Made by a program: the position numbers and the translations under genes. Below, one piece after another: positions 61,001 to 64,000 of a DNA stretch of 64,000 bases. A model generated the notes under the pieces. The model ran no database searches. It had not been told where the DNA came from and was given only the letters and a program-made list of their open reading frames with translations. Position 1 is the first letter of the stretch. Each line of letters starts with the position of its first letter. The stretch is from the sequence record MW057919.1. One strand, 5' to 3'.

Positions 61001-62344
61001 CATAATCGAATCTTCTTGAGCTTGCTCGAATGTATTCGCAGAAATCATATTCACGCGATACATGTCGTATGCTTTAGCTCTAATGGCATCGATTAGTTTA
61101 TCTTCTTCATCAACTTCAGTATTGATGAATAACTCATCTTCTGGTACATCTGTTACAATGAGTTCCTTCTCTTCTTTAATTTGGCGAGAAGGTGAAGATT
61201 CCAGTGGATCTTTTTCAATGATAAGCTTTGTTACCTCAAGATCACTTTCTGGTGGTGGGGTATATGTTACCTCAATTGCGCCAATATCAATTAAGTTAGT
61301 TAAGTTGGTTGGGTCAAATTGAACATCATCAATAACATCAACTTCAGTTACTTCTTCTTCAACGTTATTGGACTCAATATCCTCAACCTCTTCTGCTTCA
61401 CCTTCTTCATAACTAACCGGAGTTTCTTCATCAACAATAATATCTTCATTAAAGATAGGCGTATCTTCTTTAATTAATGAAGTATTACCTTGGTTATATT
61501 CAACCATCGCTGATACTAGTGAAATAAGGCGCCTAGCTATTTGCTGGGTATCATAACCTTTATCATCTTTAATTTCTGGATCACGACGCCATTGATCAAG
61601 CATCCCTAAGTTAATAACAAAGAATGAACTTTGTACACGGAATAAAAGATTAATGTTACCGTAATACTTAGCATCGATGACATTCATGAAAGAACTTTCA
61701 CGATCATCAGAAACCCAGCGAACTAAATCAAATATATTTAGAATATCAGGTGTATTGAATTGATTAGCTAGATCTTGAGTCAAACCCCCTCGTAGTTTAT
61801 TAAAAGAAGAAGGAGGTGGAACTAACTCAGGTAAGTGTACATCAATGAACTGGTTCCAACCAGGAAAACGTTCACATGCAGCCGCTACGCCACTCCAGAA
61901 TGTACGCATGTCATTTGACCAACGGAACCATGTAGCTTTATAAGAAGCCATATAATTCCATTGAGGGTTAATTAAATTATAATTCATTACCAGAATGTTC
62001 TGGTTTGATAATTTAAAACCGGTATCACTGCGTAAAGGTTTAAAGAAACGGTTCTGGCGGCGAAACTCTTGAATCATTGTTGCTGGGATATTTGAAGTCC
62101 TACGTGGATTACCTTCAAATGTAAGCATATCAGTAACATGCTCAATATATACTTTACCTTGATGTTTGGAGAATAATGGGTCTGTTTGACTAGGACCCAT
62201 TACTGCATTATTACCATCGAAGAACTGATAAATGGATTCGAAAGGTAGATCAAGTTTATTTAGAGCATGCAACTTAGGTGACTGAAGTTTAGCATATTCG
62301 CGTACACTATAATTTTTCAGAAACTGTGTAATATTTAAGCGCAT
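57989..62344 (-). CDS. rpoB: Virion RNA polymerase beta subunit (gp178-like)
   Basis: 1451 aa; GDKGVV..MKTV and IDLLFG..R beta motifs; VGDHVD and SPRAK flap-like region. Confidence 0.9.
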   Translation of the reverse strand: MRLNITQFLKNYSVREYAKLQSPKLHALNKLDLPFESIYQFFDGNNAVMGPSQTDPLFSKHQGKVYIEHVTDMLTFEGNPRRTSNIPATMIQEFRRQNRFFKPLRSDTGFKLSNQNILVMNYNLINPQWNYMASYKATWFRWSNDMRTFWSGVAAACERFPGWNQFIDVHLPELVPPPSSFNKLRGGLTQDLANQFNTPDILNIFDLVRWVSDDRESSFMNVIDAKYYGNINLLFRVQSSFFVINLGMLDQWRRDPEIKDDKGYDTQQIARRLISLVSAMVEYNQGNTSLIKEDTPIFNEDIIVDEETPVSYEEGEAEEVEDIESNNVEEEVTEVDVIDDVQFDPTNLTNLIDIGAIEVTYTPPPESDLEVTKLIIEKDPLESSPSRQIKEEKELIVTDVPEDELFINTEVDEEDKLIDAIRAKAYDMYRVNMISANTFEQAQEDSIMYRRLPDPFTDPNDESVEPMTIAEAMEYHPDDLKIPEDTTFEDKPTIVDKSMLGSKLKAIQRKYNKVLLKKDILNSVLSVQKQGVSVTNYKIETVRDSGNHYQIHKVTLKPIRGRSSQVMFRIPVIDNDGRFMSNGVTYRQRLQRADIPIRKVNPRKVALTSYYNKTFVTRSERAENNFDNWLIRAITNRALDGSDMSVHSVTYAELDQSNYVLPRVYTTLGTAFKGFHNHRNVFYFNFKDRNEFFAKQGLHIEDYETDDLIMVGFNGTDAILLDKNSIFYMKTGNELEPIGTITDILGLDLTKAPLEAILMSIGGKELPLGFILAYHHGLNNLLKKLNVNYQRHQRGTRIVVNSTDYTLAFADEILVFDRADYKAMLVLSGLKRYHKSLRRYSVYDFNKRDVYFRVLEEAGLSNRFTRDIDTLFSAWVDPITEGLLKEMGEPTTFEGLLYRSVELLTNDWSPAEVDGAYMRYRGYERMAGAIFNELNRAVRVFNMRNGGSVQTVELDPHVIWRKIVQDPTVATIEDSNPIANIREQEAMTYRGDGGRGPTSMVARTRIYGEADVGVVSESTVDSGDVGVIAYLVPDANFVNMRGVTRMFDPKTDGPARLLSTSALLGVATEHDDPKRINFISIQQQQGIYADGYTVTPVRTGYEQIIAQRTSSIFAVAAEQDGEVVAIDEYGIQVKYADGNVFGYQLGTVHGTAAGVNYPHILVTSLKKGDKFKRGDTITYNKRYFSEDRYTPGQVLWKAGCMAVVAFDDNLDTLEDGSVISEDLAKRLNTQTTAIKNIDVRFDQTIRDMVKVGDHVDLNSILCIIEDPETAAHSLYDEASIETLRKLSAYSPRAKLVGTVSKIECFYHGEIDDMTPSLQALANTSDKQRAERAKSLKEPTFTGQVDANYRVKGRALEYDHMIIRVYIDHDIPCGVGDKGVVANQMKTVFSRVMTGRNETEDGRNIDLLFGNTSVEERMVLSPKIIATTTGILWAAGKHLVAVYRGNTNAKAK

Positions 62345-62346
62345 GA

Positions 62347-64000
62347 TTAATCCCTTTGTTTGGGTTCCCCAGTCATGTACCGAAGAGTTAAATTGAGTGT
62401 ATGGACACCAACACTAAATGCCAGTCGACCATCGGCATGTATATATGCAATACGTTTCTTAAAGAAAGCATCTGTTTCAGCGATAGCTTCCTCTGAATAA
62501 ACTGCGTTAAATGATACAGTGTCCCCGTCGAAATCCGCCCCCAATGGCGCGAGAATAGAAGGAGAGATGGATACTGAGTCATGCCACTGGGCTGGTTTAT
62601 TTAATTCAAACACAGGGAATTCTAAGGCTGGTTCCAACGTATCATCACGTTCCCATTGATCATTTAACGGATAACGTAATTCACCCACTACGGTTGTTTT
62701 AACATACATCTTACAGGGGATAGAGCTATTGTAGTTTTCTACAGGATATCGTGTAACAAACGCTGAGTTTGTTCGCCACATACTTAATCCACTAAGGTAA
62801 ACTAATTCGGCATAAGTAATAGGTCTAACAAATTTCTTATTTAGATTAGTAGGTAACTCATCGATGTTGCGGAATATTTTAAAATTCTGTTTATCATCAA
62901 CGTAAATAAGGGCTAGATAATGATCAGCAATTTCAATTGCACGTGAACGTTTTTCAATGACATCTAACTCATTGATGATTTGTTCTTGCCCTTCAGGAGT
63001 TCCCCATAGATCCATATCTTCGTTAGAGATATCAACCCATTCTAAGCGTAGTGTTTTCTTATTGATGAGCTGTACAGTGTTAGTAACTGTATCAAACACT
63101 TCACCAACTACACCTTGCCTTAGTGCAAAGATTGTACGTGGTGCAACAGAACGAGCTGCTTGATGTAAGCCAACTACAGCATCTTTGAATGTTGGTCGAT
63201 TAGGTGAATCAAGATCAGCCGCATTAGTATCTAGCGAACTAATGACGTTACGGGTACCATTGGCAATACGACGGGATGCCCATTTAGATTGGATATAACC
63301 TCGTTTACTACCTGCTAATAACCTTTCATAATGTTCATAAATAGCTAATACTGTATTTTGCATCGCTACTCGTTTGCGATCATAGATACTCAAGTCATCG
63401 TTTGGTCCAAAACTGTCAGGTACACCAAACGACTGATTTAATAGATATCTATAATGTTCATTGACCTCATCCATCTCAACACGATTATTCTCATCAATCT
63501 CTGCATCACGATAAGCAGCAGGTGTTACAATCATGTCTTTAAAAATACAGTTATCTTTATATTTTTCGATTAATTGTAACCTTGATAGCCGAATCCCTGA
63601 CTTAGTGGTCCCAAAGTCAATTCGTTTCCAGTTATCAAAAAAGAATGTATAACCAGTTTTACCAGTTAGTTCATCAGCGCGGATAAAATCTTTAATAGAT
63701 TCATCAAATACTGCAAATGCCTTACCAAGAATAATTTCTTCATAGAAAGCTTTTAATTTAATTAAGTTTCGATATACAACTGGATGGATAAGTTCTAAAC
63801 CTAAATGGATATATCCAAATAAACTCTCACGATCAGTTGATCCAACTCTTCCAAAAATGGAAACAGAGAACAAACCATCTTCATGAAAGTTACCACCTAA
63901 ACCTTCAAATATCTCATGACTCTTTACTTGACCTAAGAACTTTAATTGTTCTTTAGTAGGAATAAGTAAAGAAATATTAAAAGGAACTAATGCCTTCTTC
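62347..64000 (-). CDS. rpoC: Virion RNA polymerase beta-prime N-terminal/catalytic subunit (gp180-like); 5-prime end just outside the window
   Basis: Catalytic GADFDGD; GLFSVSIFG and TRYPV motifs; frame is open to base 64000 (KKALVPFNISLL...), so the ORF-track TTG start at 63873 is not the true start. Confidence 0.92.
   Translation of the reverse strand, partial: KKALVPFNISLLIPTKEQLKFLGQVKSHEIFEGLGGNFHEDGLFSVSIFGRVGSTDRESLFGYIHLGLELIHPVVYRNLIKLKAFYEEIILGKAFAVFDESIKDFIRADELTGKTGYTFFFDNWKRIDFGTTKSGIRLSRLQLIEKYKDNCIFKDMIVTPAAYRDAEIDENNRVEMDEVNEHYRYLLNQSFGVPDSFGPNDDLSIYDRKRVAMQNTVLAIYEHYERLLAGSKRGYIQSKWASRRIANGTRNVISSLDTNAADLDSPNRPTFKDAVVGLHQAARSVAPRTIFALRQGVVGEVFDTVTNTVQLINKKTLRLEWVDISNEDMDLWGTPEGQEQIINELDVIEKRSRAIEIADHYLALIYVDDKQNFKIFRNIDELPTNLNKKFVRPITYAELVYLSGLSMWRTNSAFVTRYPVENYNSSIPCKMYVKTTVVGELRYPLNDQWERDDTLEPALEFPVFELNKPAQWHDSVSISPSILAPLGADFDGDTVSFNAVYSEEAIAETDAFFKKRIAYIHADGRLAFSVGVHTLNLTLRYMTGEPKQRD

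Noticed and set aside
63873-64000. Truncated or pseudogenised beta-prime gene (TTG start in ORF track)
   Set aside because: The frame stays open to the window edge; the true start is just outside the window.

Overview
This 64-kb window comes from a phiKZ-like Pseudomonas jumbo phage (Phikzvirus, nucleus-forming Chimalliviridae). The anchor is the 260-aa ORF at 22472-23254, which matches the phiKZ endolysin gp144 as I recall it. The flanking gene order fits roughly gp124 to gp180; gp numbers were assigned by counting from recalled anchors, not by database search. The window is mostly late, virion-related genes: portal, baseplate and tail proteins, a five-gene tail-fibre paralog array, a collagen-like fibre, central spike plus PAAR, inner-body/head proteins, prohead protease and virion RNA polymerase subunits. 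It also encodes recombination/repair enzymes (RuvC-like, UvsX/RecA, RNase H, SbcC/Rad50) and a lysis cassette. No tRNA, rRNA, CRISPR array or mobile element is visible. Best leads: (1) two 2OG-Fe(II) oxygenase-like genes behind the fibre cluster, possibly hydroxylating the collagen fibre; (2) an anti-Shine-Dalgarno fold in the endolysin leader that a late TATG start would release; (3) two separate spanin-like gene pairs plus a holin candidate; (4) an early-gene island with twin 31-bp promoters driving small membrane proteins; (5) a family of near-identical hairpins at gene junctions; (6) a 58-aa gene missed by the ORF track; (7) an uninterrupted vRNAP beta-prime gene with no HNH gene beside it.
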